Shown here: piece by piece, positions 22,159-34,889 of the stretch
How positions within the stretch are numbered: the first letter of the stretch is position 1
Layout of the letters: the number at the start of each line of letters is the position of its first letter
Source of the DNA: Diplonema japonicum
Taxonomy: Eukaryota > Protista > Euglenozoa: Diplonemea
Reading direction: 5' to 3'
NCBI GenBank assembly: GCA_964019335.1
Contig: OZ025648.1
Span: 620,001 to 684,000, forward strand
Length of the DNA: 64,000 nucleotides
Position numbers and translations under genes: made by a program
Notes under the pieces: generated by a model
What the model was told of the DNA's origin: nothing
Databases searched by the model: none
Seen by the model: only the letters and a program-made list of their open reading frames with translations

Positions 22159-25100
22159 CTACCATTGCTCCATTAGTATACCAAGCTTCAACAAACTGCT
22201 GCAGAACCCGCATTCCTTGTCCAGCTGCAGATCAGGTGGAACAGGTAAGCCGACAGCATCACACCAGTTGCCGCGGGCTGCAAGAAGGCTAAGACGATCG
22301 AGCAGCACATCGGCACCATGAGAAATGAGAAGTGACTCATGGGTGCCTTGTGAGGTGGTAGTCACCAGCTTGTAGGTTGTACCTAATTGTTTATTATTTT
22401 TTATTATTTTGCCCAATACCACTGAGGGCACTACTTGTCAGGTGCTTTGTGCATTCAGTAATCTGCTTTGCGTTGGCAATCTTAGGAAGCGCAGGTGTGT
22501 CATTGATGTCAATTCTCTTCAAGGTGATACAAGGGTTCAACACGAGCGGTGCTGAATCTTGCTTCGGTCGCTGCTTTTTGTCTTTTTTCTTAACGGTCAC
22601 AAGTGCTACCAAAGGCGGGACAATGTTGAAGGTTTTCAAGGCCCTGATTGCACAAAAGTCTTTCCACCCATCGGCATGCCAGTCACGCAAGTTACGCTGC
22701 GTCACCTCCATCGTTGAATGCTGGATAGAGGGGTATGTAGGGCGCCTGTAAGTGCCTGTAGCAACAACTGCAGTGATAGCATCTGCAGCGGTTATTTGGA
22801 AGTAGCAGCCTTCAGGTATGTGCACAGCATTTCCAATCCTCCCATTGAAGACTTCCCTACTACCGTCGCATTTTGGAAGTGGTTTCATAATGCTGGTGTT
22901 ACTGGGGTTGTGGCGATGCCCGCTGCTCCATACAGTCAGCTCCAGAGACCCTTTCAGCGGAATGAGGACAGTGTAGTCGCTATTGTACATAACCTGCGAG
23001 TGGCACTTGTCATGTAGAATGAAAACATGCGCTTGTCTATCAACGCAGTCATTCAGGATACGTGTGTTGGCGCTGTCTTTCGCTTCCCACAGCAGGTTCC
23101 TGAGTTCCGTTCTTGCTGAAAGGACGACGGAGATACCCGAGCTATATGCGGCTTTGGCTGCTTCGATCGTTGTCATTACAACGCCCTCGTTTAGGATGAG
23201 CCCTGTTGCATCTTTTGTTGTTCTCACGGATCTGTGGCGGGCTGCTTCAACCTTTAACCAATTGAAGATGGCTACAACATTGGCTGATGCTTCGTCTGCG
23301 GTTAACTTCTCTTGTGCACTCACGATCGCCTCATAAGTATCGTTAATATCATCGTCGTTATTTGCACTTCTCTTTGAACTCGGTTTCACTCTCGAAATAA
23401 GGGACGCAGCACAGCCATCGTTCAAGTGCAGGAACAAATTATCTTTGAAAGTACTCGGGAATTCGAGCAGCTTCATAGTTCTGTAAGGCGCAGGGAGGGG
23501 TCTGGGTAGCATCATTAGGTCACCGAGGCGCAAGTTGCGTCGTTTGAGACTGTCAATCAGCGAGTAGGTGCTGCCTTCTGGAAGATCCCCCTGTTCGCTG
23601 GCGAAAGTAAAGTAAAATACAGGACGAATTTTCTTCGACATGTTTGCAGACCCTCGGTGATAACACCTGCTGTCCATCATAACCACGGACCCCTTTGGGA
23701 CCGTCATTTTGTTGCTCTTAAAGACGAGTGGGGACGTGATTGGTTTTTTTTCCGTCGCGGCCAGTTGTTCTTTCTCTGACATGAACTCTTGATGCTGGTT
23801 TCCGTCACTAGAAGCTAGGAGTGAAATAGAATTGTTCAAGAGTTGGATAATAGAGTGTGTGCGCGGCCACACTTCGAGAGGCCCCATGTCCTCTGTCACG
23901 TCAACTAGCGGCACAAAGCAAGACACAAGGTGTGCACATGAGGTGGCCTCCAGTGTGCGAGCAATGCTGTCTGAGTGTGCAGGCTGTTCCATTGCTCCTG
24001 GACGGGACACAAGACACGACAACTCGACAAGTCTAGCATTTCCCAGGATTTTGTGAAGGAAGGGCCCAATCTCTTTGATGACAGCCTTCAAAAGCATTTC
24101 ACAGAACCCACCATCTACATTCTGTCCTATGTCTTGCCTGTGTTGTCGATAGTGTACAGGGAAGTATTTTTCCCCCTCAATGACACTTTCCATGTGTAGG
24201 TCATTCGTCTTCGCTTCAGTGGCAGCTCTCCGCATTACAGATGTGAGTGTGTCGTCAACAAGCTTGCCCACATTAGGCACCTGAGACCACAGCACACCTG
24301 TCGTCGTGAAGGCAGCTGTGGCGGTGTCAAGGTCAGATGCTATTTTCAAGGATTCCAGGGTCATGTTCTTTGTAGAGAGTGAGGAAGCAGCCAGTTGGAT
24401 GTACTCAAGCTGCGATATTTGGCTGTGGAGTGTATTTCGGAGAAGGGGTGCTCTCACTGCAGGCGCAGCTAGCGAATAGCAAGATGTTCTTTTGTACTCT
24501 GACATAAGGCGAAGAAGCAGGGAAGTGAATTTCGAATCGAAGAGTGCAAGAGGTGATAAGTTTTTTGCAGCTCGAGGTGCCAAGGAACATATACCCTGGG
24601 GCAGTTGGACTTCCGACAGCAGGGCGTGCTCTGTAAGGTGCCCTAAAGTGACTGGGTCGAATGCAATGATAATGGCACTGCAGCCCTTCGATGTGACCTG
24701 CAGTGTGGTAGGTCGGTCTAAAAATAACACATTGTCAGCGTCCAACACGATGCCGTTCCACGTCGCAGATTCGTCGAGTTGCACGATTAAGAGCTTCTTG
24801 TTTGCAAATGTGCGGATGCAGTGTGAGGACTTCTTCACAAGCAACAGGGTTGACGACGGGCCTGCTGTACTTGCAAGGTCTACTAGCGTGCCGCCGAACG
24901 GAAGCATGTCAAACACACCAAACAGCTCTGCCGTTAGGTACGATGGTGTGTCCATTGACAGGATGCAACCAGGCGTGTTTTTGTAGATAAGGTGACCCTC
25001 GTCAAAGCTGAACTGCTGTTCAGAGGGCATATTGCATGGACCGGTGTTGAAATACACACGGCTGCTGACAACCGACTGGCTAAGAGATGGCAAATCAAGC

Positions 25101-25462
25101 CCGAAGAGCATGTCGGCAAGGCGGTCCTGACACAGCCCAGGGTCCCTCATGCTCACGGCGATCTGCTCACTACTTTCAAGGTTTGGTACCAACAAGCCAA
25201 AGATCTGCTGTGCCAGTGTCTCCTTCTTCTTGGTTGTGGTGGCAGACATGCTCTTGACGAACTTTTTTTTTACAGCTTTGTTTTTTTTATGTTTCTTCCC
25301 CGACATTGATTCTTCAGCAACGCAGTCTTGTAGCTTCCGCTTTCTTTGCCTTATAATTCGCCTCTTGCTCGTCATTTTTGACTCATCTTTAACTTTGGGT
25401 TCTGGCACACCCTTTTCTCGTATCTTGCTGGGGCACTTTTTTTTCTTTATGAGTCTTATCAT
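22159..25462 (-). CDS. Large multi-domain 2OG-Fe(II) oxygenase: PhyH-like domain, degenerate cupin/JmjC-like region, basic N-terminus (2 exons)
   Basis: PGAMEQPAHSD, CFVPLVDVTEDMGPLEVWPRTH, KGSVVMMDSRCYHRGSAN...RPVFY; GNAVHIPEGCYFQ; 37-nt intron 22383-22419 links to last exon ending LLKLGILMEQW-TAG. Confidence 0.75.
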
Positions 25463-25641
25463 TTTCTGTTTGTTTTGATGTATCTCTGCCGTAAACGGAT
25501 AGCTAAGTACAGCTTTTATGGGAAAACTAACTAAAATTGTTGCAAACAAAGGCTTGTAACTATCTACGGTAACGACGGTGAACAGTTGAACACCGCAAAG
25601 CACTCAAAAGCGCTGCTGGTATCTAATCTAATCTAATCGGG

Positions 25642-27243
25642 CTACATGGCTTCGGCTTCTTGCAGGAGATTGCGCTCTTCCTCTTGGAGTTTGTGCAACT
25701 GCCTTTCGAGATCTTCATTTGAAGGATTCTCAGGATCTGCTGCTTTAGTTACCTCCAGTGGCTCATTGGATTGACGTCTAGGAATGTCCTGCAGTTTTTC
25801 TTGCATAATCTTCATCTGTTCTGCCATTTGTCGGATAATGTCTTCATTTCTTCGGTTACTTTCAAGCAAAATCTTTGCCATGTCCTTCACCTCCACCTCA
25901 ATAGCCTCCTGGCGTGCCGCAACAGTCTTCACAAACGTGTCGTCCATGATACTCTTGTCCTCTGCTATTGTGACGCGCTCTTGGAACCTCTGCATGGTGC
26001 TCGAGACGATATCCAGTTGCCTGTACACATGCTCCATTTTCTCCATAACTTCATCGCTTCCTGCATGAAGAGGCATGGGTGGCGCATGGAATCCGGTAGT
26101 TTCAAATAAGTCCCGGTTAATTTTTGTTGGGTCTTGGACAGGTGCTTGCTCCCCCTTCTCCTGGCGCATGATAGGGCTTGCCTTCTTAGCTGCACGTGCG
26201 GTTGTGTCTACTATTGGTTGCTTTATGTCTTTCTTCGACGTTGGCAATCTCTGCTTCACTTGTGTTGTTGGTGATAGGGCGGAGACTTCTGCCAATTTCT
26301 CGTGCTTATCAAAGTTGGACTTCCACACCATGACCATGTTGTCGCTGCCGCCGGTGGAAAAGAATTCCCCATTAGGAGAGAAAGCTGATGCTGCCACCGC
26401 CCCTGTGTGCGCTGTCACAACATATGCCAAATATCCCTCTTGGACGTCCCACACTTTCACTGTTGCATCGTTGCTTGAAGAGAGTAGCCAATTGCCTGAG
26501 GAGTGGAATGATAAGCCGTTCACTTGATCATCATGCGCATTGTAGTGCTGTAGTAACTCCTTGTTCATCCTGAGGTCCCAGATTTTTATCGTGGAGTCGT
26601 GAGACGATGCGGCCAAACAAGTGCCGTCAGGGTGGAAAGCAACACTGCTGACAGGCGCCTGATGGTCGTAAAAGGTGGCCAAGCATGTTCTCTTGTCCAG
26701 ATCCCACAACTTCACCTGCTTGTCATCGGACCCGGAAGCTGCCATCCTTCCATCGGGTGACACTGAGCACGATCTGACCCACGAAGTATGCCCACTCAGG
26801 GTCGAGATAAACCTGTGTGTGTTCACGGACCACAACTTCAATGTTTTATCATCTGAGGCAGAGAGAAGTCTTTTGCCATCGGAAGAAAAAGATAGCGCCC
26901 GAATACTTCCTGAATGTCCCTTAATGGTGGTGCTTTCTCCCTGGACAGACGGTATCCATAGTTTGATTGTCTTGTCAGTAGACCCACTTGCTAGAAGGTC
27001 CCCGGTTGGTGAGAAGAGGACACTGTTAACGGCGGCCTTGTGTCCTATGTATCTGTAAGCGCGCATTGACGGCTTGAAGTTCCACACCATCACTGACATG
27101 TCATCACTGCCAGTTGCAAGCTGCTGCATAGTGGGGCTGAAAGACACGCTCCGGACACACCCTCTATGGCCCCGAAAAGTTCTTTCCAATTGGGGACATG
27201 ATGGGTCGAGGATCTGCGTATCGTGTGTTTTGTCCTTATTCAT
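25642..27243 (-). CDS. POC1: Centriolar/basal-body WD40 protein POC1
   Basis: DPSCPQLERTFRGH, seven WD40 repeats, C-terminal Poc1 motif MEHVYRQLDIVSSTMQRFQERVTIAEDK. Confidence 0.92.
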   Translation of the reverse strand: MNKDKTHDTQILDPSCPQLERTFRGHRGCVRSVSFSPTMQQLATGSDDMSVMVWNFKPSMRAYRYIGHKAAVNSVLFSPTGDLLASGSTDKTIKLWIPSVQGESTTIKGHSGSIRALSFSSDGKRLLSASDDKTLKLWSVNTHRFISTLSGHTSWVRSCSVSPDGRMAASGSDDKQVKLWDLDKRTCLATFYDHQAPVSSVAFHPDGTCLAASSHDSTIKIWDLRMNKELLQHYNAHDDQVNGLSFHSSGNWLLSSSNDATVKVWDVQEGYLAYVVTAHTGAVAASAFSPNGEFFSTGGSDNMVMVWKSNFDKHEKLAEVSALSPTTQVKQRLPTSKKDIKQPIVDTTARAAKKASPIMRQEKGEQAPVQDPTKINRDLFETTGFHAPPMPLHAGSDEVMEKMEHVYRQLDIVSSTMQRFQERVTIAEDKSIMDDTFVKTVAARQEAIEVEVKDMAKILLESNRRNEDIIRQMAEQMKIMQEKLQDIPRRQSNEPLEVTKAADPENPSNEDLERQLHKLQEEERNLLQEAEAM

Positions 27244-27519
27244 TTTTTTCCTCTTTGCGTCTGCGATGCGAAAGTGTTGTCGTGTAAGAAAACAATTGGT
27301 AGGTGGACGTGTGGGTGGGTGGCGGGCGTGGGACGTTTTTAAAAATGGAGGGGGGTAAAAGCTAAGAAAATAATTGTGAATGCACCACATGGGTATTGTG
27401 ATCTGAAGGACGTTGTTGTTAGTCATTTTCCTTCGTTAGTGCTGATGGTGGAAAATTTTAGTGCACCTGTGCATTTCTTTGAGTGAAGAGAGGAAAACGT
27501 GCAAGTCTTGGTTTCGTGC

Positions 27520-30306
27520 TTACAACTTGTCATAGAAGTTGTCCAGACCCGGGATCTCAGGCTTAAGACCCTTCCTCACACGGGTCTTGGTGACAAGGTC
27601 GGAGGCAAGGTTACCAGGCTCAAGCGGGTTACCAGGGAACGAGGCCCAGTGGTCAAACACGCACTGCGGGAACGCCTGTGATTATGGGTACCATTGTTTC
27701 ACCAAAACATACCTGACCACCAGTGTGGGACCTGAGGTCGGCGGTGAACCCGAATGACTCAGAGACAGGGAGGTAGGCACGGACCTAATGAAGTTCGTTG
27801 GTGTATAAGTTGCATACGTTGTAGATAGGTGTTCCGGGCCTGTTCTCCTCACCAAGCATGATACCTCTCCTCTTGTTGAGGACACCGTAGATACCACCCA
27901 TGGCGTGCTCGACGGTCTGGATGTCCACCAAGAAGATGGGTTCCATAAGACCGGGCTTAGCGGTCAGGCAGCACGCGTAGTAGTTACGACGAGCAGTGGG
28001 GATGACCTGACCACCACCTCTGTGGATAGCATCAGCGTGCATGGTCATGTCCTCGATGTTGATCCTGATACCACGCATGGTCTCCTCGCACATCACACCC
28101 TCCTTGGTGGCCCAGTTCCAGGCAGCCACGAAGGAGTCCTTCACCTCGTTCATGTTCTGCACACCCTTGGTGACGTCAACAACCATGTTGGGACCAGCAC
28201 CGTCGGGACCGAAGCACCAGATCTTCCTGGCCTCAGCGACGTCCCACTCGAACTCGTCGGCGAGCACACGGGCCCTGATCTTGACATCAGCCTCAGCGTG
28301 GACGTTCTTGTCCTTGTCGTCAATGTGCAGGCACAGCTCGTCACCGAGGGGAGCACCCCTGGCGAAGATCCTGTTGTGCTTGTTGGGCGACTTCGACAGG
28401 CACTGACGGTCAGACGTATCGGTGATGGTCTCACGGAACGACACAACGGGCTCAGAGATCTTCAACTTGGCACCTGCCATGTAGTCTTCCTGAAGATCCT
28501 TCAGGCAAATCTCCAAGTGAAGCTCACCAGCACCGGCGATGATGTGCTCACCCGACTCCTCGATGGAGCACTGCACAAGAGGGTCGGACCTTTTGAGGTG
28601 TACTACACTACATTTCTTAAACATACTTAGAAAGACGCTTAAGACCCTCAACCAGCTTGGGCAGGTCAGCGGGCGACGCACACTCAACGGCCACACGAAC
28701 GACGGGCGACACACTGTACTTCATGTCACGGAGCGGGTAGCAATCAGAGCAGTTCTCGTCAGTGATGGTGGCGGTCTTCACAATGAAGTTGTCAACACCT
28801 ATTGTGGTCATCATATTGTATTCTGAGGTGTTTTCATACCGACAAGACCAACAACGTTACCGCAGGGAATGTCCTCAACAGCCTCCTGGTAACGACCCAT
28901 CATGAGCACGGTACGCTGGATGTTCTTGATGGACATGTCCTTCTTGGTGCCGTACTCGTAGTTGGGCCCCATGATCCTGGCCTTCTGACCCTGCCTCACC
29001 TTACCAGAGAACACACGACCGAAGGCAATGAACCTACCCTTGTCAGCCGCGGGAACCATCTTGGAGATGTACATGAGAAGGGGACCAGCGGGGTCGCAGT
29101 TCTTCAGCCCCTGGAAGTACTTGTCGTTGTTGGGGAGAAGGGTACCATCCTCTTGCTCGGTCACACCCATGTACAGCTGGTCAGCCCTGTAGGCCTGAGC
29201 CTGCTTCGGCGAGGGAAGCTTGGTGACAATCATCTGAAGAAGAGCGTCCGAGGCGGGCAGGAACTTCTGCATGATGCACTTCAGAAGCCTCTTCTGAGTG
29301 AGGTCCTTCTCGTCACCCTTGAGGGTGATGTTAAGGGCCTTCATCATCTTCTCCATCTTGTCCTTCTTCTCGTTCATGACGGCGTCGAACAAGTTCTTGA
29401 TCGGCTCCATGCAGAACTGGCAGAAGGCCCTCTGGCCACCCGGAACGGGCTCCGAGGTCCACTTCTTCCTCTTCCCGTCGAAGTAGGAGTCACCCCACAA
29501 CCTCTTCACCATCTTGTCCTCGTCAATCCCGAACTTTACCGCGTACATCTTGGCGAACTTGTTCAAGGTGAAGGCCCACGAGTGGAGACCGGACCCGAAC
29601 CCGACGGTTCCGGCCTCAGGGTACACCTGCACGTCACCCAGGTGCTCGTCGTTGTAGGTGGCGATGACGACGTTCACAGTCTGGATGGTCCTGAAGAACG
29701 ACTGGTAAGCCTCCTCGGGGTCAAGTTGGAGCTCAAGGAGCGCACGGTCGACCTTGTTGACCATGACGACAGGCTTGATCCTCTCAGAGAGGGCCTGACG
29801 GAGCACAGTCTCGGTCTGGACGCACACACCCTCAACGCAGTCGACGACGACAAGGGCACCGTCGGTCACACGGAGGGCGGCGGTCACCTCAGAGGAGAAG
29901 TCAACGTGCCCCGGGGAGTCGATCAGGTTGATCAGGAAGTCCCTCTTGTCGCCGCCGGTGAGGGCCTTCAGCTGCTCGTTGTTCACAAGCCTCTCCTCGA
30001 CGTTGTAGTACAGCGAGATGGAGGTCGACTTGATGGTGATGCAACGCTCCTGTTTGTGTGTTGTGTGTGTGCTGGTTTGATACCTGCTCGTCAGCACGAG
30101 TGTCGGTCAGACGGGCGTCACCAGCCTTCGCCATGGCAATGATACCAGCGGCAGCAACAAGGGAGTCAGTCAGAGTCGACTTGCCGTGATCGACGTGAGC
30201 AATCACAGACCTGCAGTGCATGTGGTCTTGGTGTTACATACATGTTACGGATCTGCGTGGGGTATTCCATGATAGCACGGACCTCACTGACGGTAAAGTT
30301 CACCAT
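27520..30306 (-). CDS. EEF2: Translation elongation factor 2 (7 exons, 857 aa)
   Basis: MVNFT...[49 protein letters not shown], diphthamide loop [11 protein letters not shown]; introns 30211-30241, 30050-30083, 28799-28839, 28590-28626, 27785-27817, 27676-27712; spliced length 2574 nt. Confidence 0.98.
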
Positions 30307-30861
30307 TTTGCTTTGATAATCCCTGGAGAAGGTGTAGTGAAGAAGGAATGATAAGAATTAGGAATACAGAAGGGGGGGAAGCGGGGGGGGGGGGGGGGGG
30401 GGGGGCTAGCATTTGTAATATAAATAAAGCAGACTTCAGTGTATTAATAGCCGACGTATCGGATGTGAATACCCCCCCCCAGAAAAGATGAAACGAAAAA
30501 TGGAACAAGAAATGGGGCTTTGGTCGCAACACTATTTGGCGTTAAGTGTGCAGCGTGGTGGAGGGTCTATCTTGTGTTGTTACCCTTCGCTGCATTTTTA
30601 TCGGCAGATGGGGTGGGGACTCTTCGGGTAGGTTCAAGGTAGGTCGGCATGAATTTGTTGACCCAGTCGTCTCTCCCCGGTGAGCCGGTTGTGAGTCGCT
30701 GTTTGAGGATGAAGCGCACCTTGTTGTATGATGCGAATGTGGGTCAGGAATACCTTCGGATCCGTTTGTTTGCACCAATGGAACAGAGGGAGGATGCCAA
30801 GAAGCTAATATGAGCTCGGAAATTTTGAGAGGTGGCATGCCCAAAGATGCATGCACATGAC

Positions 30862-31480
30862 CAGTGATGGGTGAATCCGGTCCGGTCCGGTGTACCCAAT
30901 TTACCGGACTGACCGGATCGGCCGGACTGACCGGACTGACCGGACTCGAAAATTTTCTGCAAACCTGCAAACACTTTTTTTTCAAATATTTTTAGACAAT
31001 GATTTTTTTTTCCTTTTTTTTTTTTTTTCTTTTTTTTCTTCTTCTTCTTCTTTGTACCACAGACATGCACAGCTCCATCAAGCCATTTGCACCTATCTAC
31101 TCCAGTGCACTGCAGCTGCAGGTATGTACATATGTCCGGAAATGTTGTATTTGGATGTAACCCGGCTGTGGTGATCGACGTGGAACGCAGAAGAAGCTAC
31201 AACCCGGCCGCGGTGAGAGATATATGAGTTAAAGGACCTGCACAAGACTACTTGATTACAGGGGTACACCACAGCCGAGATGTAGCTTCTTCTGCGTTCC
31301 GCGTCGTGTCCTTAATGTGTGCGGTGTTCAGCTCAACCCCAGCCGGGGCGTCCCGGGTAACCAGATTCTGCTCGTGCAGGGGTGGGTCGTTCCATTCCCT
31401 TCCGCCAAACTGAAAAGTCGGAGCTTGGCGGAACGGCGGAACCAGCGGAACCGGAACTTGGCGGAACAGGGAATTCCTTA

Positions 31481-31512
<32 letters not shown>

Positions 31513-33256
31513 CCTATTGTCCTTAATCACCGCAGCCGGGTTGTAGCTTCTTCTGCGTTCTGCGTCGTGTCCTTAATGTGTGCAGTGTTCAGTTCAACCC
31601 CAGCCAGGGCGTCCCAGGTAACCAAGATTCTGCTCATGCAGGGGTGGGTCGTTTTGTTCCCTTCTGCCAAACTGAAAAGTCGGAACGTGGTGGAACGGCG
31701 GAACCGGAACTTGGCAGACAGGGAATCCTAACCTATTTTTTTTTTTTTTTTTTTTTCCTCTTTGCATCATCAAGGTTGAAAGTGGTGACTATATCACCAC
31801 AACACTGACAGCACAATATTCCGTGTCGTGTCCTTAATGTGTGCAGTGTGCAGCTCAACACCAGAGCATCTGCAATACGTTCCTCCACTTGGGCGCTACC
31901 AGTGATGACCGACGTGGAGGTCAACAGTGAACAACACATCTGATGTACTTCTTATATTTCCATATTTCTGTAATCCCCACCAAATAACATGAAAGAGGTA
32001 AAGGAGACCAGTGACAGGGGGTGCACCTCGGCCGCTTCTGCGTTCCGCGTCGTGTCCTTAATGCATGCAGTGTGCAGCTCAACCCCAGCTGGTGCCCTAA
32101 GTAGTTTACTCACCCTGAGCATCTGCAATTTGTTCTTCCACTCAGGGTGCTACAGGTGATGACCGGCCAAGTGGATGGAGGAAAATGCCTGTTCATCATG
32201 TTCGTGGCGCCCACACAAGAACTGTTAACTTGATACAGGGGGGCACTGCAGCCAAGTTGTAGCTTCTTCTGTGTTCTGCATTGTGTCCTTAATGTGTGCA
32301 GTGTGCAGCTTAACCCCAGCCAGAGCAACACAACCCAGGGTAACCAACATTCTGTGCTCATGCAGTTTGCTGCCAATTCATCACCCTGAGCATCTGCATT
32401 ATGTTCTCCCACTTGGGTGCTACTGGTGATGACATGGAGGTCAACAGCAAACAACACATCTGATGTACTTCTTATATTTCCATGTTATCCCCACCACCTG
32501 AATGATATATATATGAGTTAAAAGAGGCTGGTGTTGGTGGTGCCCTGCACAAGAACTGTCTACTTGATTACAGGGGGGGCACTGCAACCGAGTTGTAGCT
32601 TCTTTTGCATTCCGTGTCATGTCTTTAATGTGTGTGGTGTACAGCTCAACCCCAGCCAGAGTGTCCCTACTTGATTACAGGGGGTGCACCACAGCTGGGT
32701 TGTAGCTTCTTCTGCATTCTGCATCATGTCCTTAATCACCACAGCCGAGTTGTAGCTTCTTCTGTGTTCCATGTCATGTCCTTAATGTGTGTGGTGTTCA
32801 GCTCAACCCTAGCCGGGGCACCCTGGGTAACCAAGACTTCTGCACTCATGCAGTTTGCTTGGTGATGACCGATGAGGAGGTCAACAGCAAACACATCTGA
32901 TGTTTTTCTTATATTTTCATGTTATCCCCACCACCTGAAAAAGAAGATTAAGGTTTTTTTTTTTTTTTCTTTTTTTTTTTTCTTCGTTTCTCGTTGTTGT
33001 TGTTGTTGTTGTCTCTCAGTACCTGTGTAACATCTTTTCTTGTAGACATCTGTTTATACATTTGAACTCTGCAGCAAAAAAAAAAGGGAGGATGTGGTGT
33101 TGTGGTTGTATCTTGTCTGGTCCGGTTCAGTCCAGTCCAGTCCAGTCCAGTCTGGTCAGTCCAGTCAGTCTGGCATAATTGGGTCGAAATTCACACCGGA
33201 TCCAGTCTGGTCTGGTCCAGTCCAGTCTAGTCCTAATTAGGATTCACCCATCACTG
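30862..33256. mobile_element. hAT-like non-autonomous element with 17-bp TIR CAGTGATGGGTGAATCC and (A)CCGGACT-type subterminal repeats
   Basis: TIR at 30862-30878 and its reverse complement at 33240-33256; a third end at 36586; no clean 8-bp TSD (catgac is present on both flanks). Confidence 0.55.
31150..32937 (+). repeat. Scrambled array of fragments of a ~270-bp dispersed repeat
   Basis: At least seven copies of agcttcttctgcgttccgcgtcgtgtccttaatg and three of gtgatgac...gaggtcaacag...acacatctgatgt; full-length copy at 39019-39290. Confidence 0.85.
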
Positions 33257-33504
33257 TCATGACAGCACCAGCTCTGTGATGCTGTGGAGCTCACTAAGTC
33301 ATTGTTAAGTAAGGAACTGGTGGAACATGATGGAACATGGTGGAACCAGTGGAACATGGTGGAACTGGCAGAACTTGGCAGAACAGGGAATTCCTTACCT
33401 ATTTTTTTTTTTTTTTTCTTTGCCCCCTTTTTTCCTCTTTGCATCATCAAGGTTGAAAGTGGTGACTATATCACCACAACACTGACAGCACAATACAGTG
33501 TTGG

Positions 33505-33653
33505 CCACTGAGGCCATTCCCTCCATTCCCCCATTCCCTCCAGGGGAACAGAGGGAAGGGAACAATTCCCTCAAGGGAATTTGGGGGAACAGGGGAATGA
33601 AAAGGAACAGGGGAACCAAGGGAATGGGGGAATGGAGGGAATGGCCTCAGTGG
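33505..33653. mobile_element. 149-bp MITE with perfect 35-bp TIRs
   Basis: 33505-33539 ccactgaggccattccctccattcccccattccct is the exact reverse complement of 33619-33653. Confidence 0.75.
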
Positions 33654-34889
33654 TGAAAAAAAATTTTTTTTTTCTGGGGCCACATGGCACTTGGGCACCC
33701 TCAAAATAGAGATTTTTTTATTTTTTGGAAAAAAATTTTTTTTCCCCTCTGGTAGAGCCCTTACCAAGGCTGATTTTGCTGTTTTTTTACCCAAAAATAC
33801 CCCTTAATAAATTGGCCAAAAACTATGAAAATAGGTAGATTTAACCTTTTTAACCTTTCTGCAGTACCTAGAAAAAAAGGGGGGGGTACCAATTTAACTA
33901 GTTATTAATGAGATTTTTGGAGTTGAAGTAAAAATGGGTCTCATTGTCGAAAAAATGTACCCAACCCCTTCAATTTTTTTTTTAGAGATGGGGTATTTTG
34001 ACTGTAGCCATCTGAGGCCATTCCAGCCCTTAAAAGTGGGAATAAGTGATTTACTTCCCCTTAAAATGCCACACTGAAATAGCTATCCCATATTACCTTG
34101 GGGAAATCCCCAACAAAGCTGGCACACCACATGCAATTTTTTTTTTAAATAAACCTCTTTTTTTTTGGCTGGCCAAGCCCTCTCCTTTCTTTTTCTCCCT
34201 CCCTGGCCTTGGGTAGGGGTGGGTGGGGCCTGGGTGGGTGAAAGTGAAGAGGAGTGAAGGAGGGTACACAAGTCTATCCTGGCTTGCTTTTCTTTAATGG
34301 ATGCTTTGCACTTTTGGGTAGGGGGTGAGCAACTCATACCACACATTTGCAGGGTCTTTATCTACAAGTTTTGCCTTGTTTTTCTTTTTTTTTTTCTTTC
34401 TTTTTTCTTCTTTTTTTTTCCTTTTTTTTTCCTTCTGGGGTTGTTGGTAAAACGTGGGTAATATTTGGGTATTGTTAAATAAGGTTGCTGCTCACTGTTT
34501 CTTTTCTCTTTCTTTTCTTTTATTTTTTCTCTTCATGGCACTCTTCTTATTTCACTTGTTCTCTTTTTTTCCTCTTCTTATTTTTCTGGGGGTAAACAAG
34601 TTGGGTTGTTTGGGTAAATGGGATTAGATAAGGCTGCTGCTCATAAACTTTTTTTTCTTCCTCTTTCTTCTCTTCATGGTGCTCTTCTTATCCGTATTTA
34701 TATTCCTACACTTATTCTCTATTTTTCTTTTCCCTTTTCTCATTTGTCCTGTTCAATAATTATTTCAATTCTCACACTATTTCCTTTCTTTTTGTTCTCC
34801 ATTCCTGTTTTTTTTTTCTCTTTTTTTTCTTTACTATTCTATTTACTTCTACTGCTGGTCCTGTGTGATCATCTCTTTGATTGAACTGA

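Noticed and set aside
27905-30142. Plus-strand ORFs of 241 and 446 aa opposite eEF2
   Set aside because: Antisense shadows caused by strong codon bias; same for ORFs opposite RPL7A, GH20 and the P4-ATPase
6340-30250. Programmed frameshifting, stop-codon reassignment or RNA editing to explain broken ORFs
   Set aside because: Breaks are repaired by short canonical GT-AG introns (only the primase junction remains ambiguous); TAA, TAG and TGA all serve as terminal stops
31150-32937. Repeat array as a CRISPR array
   Set aside because: Irregular spacing, the spacers are themselves repeats, no cas genes, eukaryotic context
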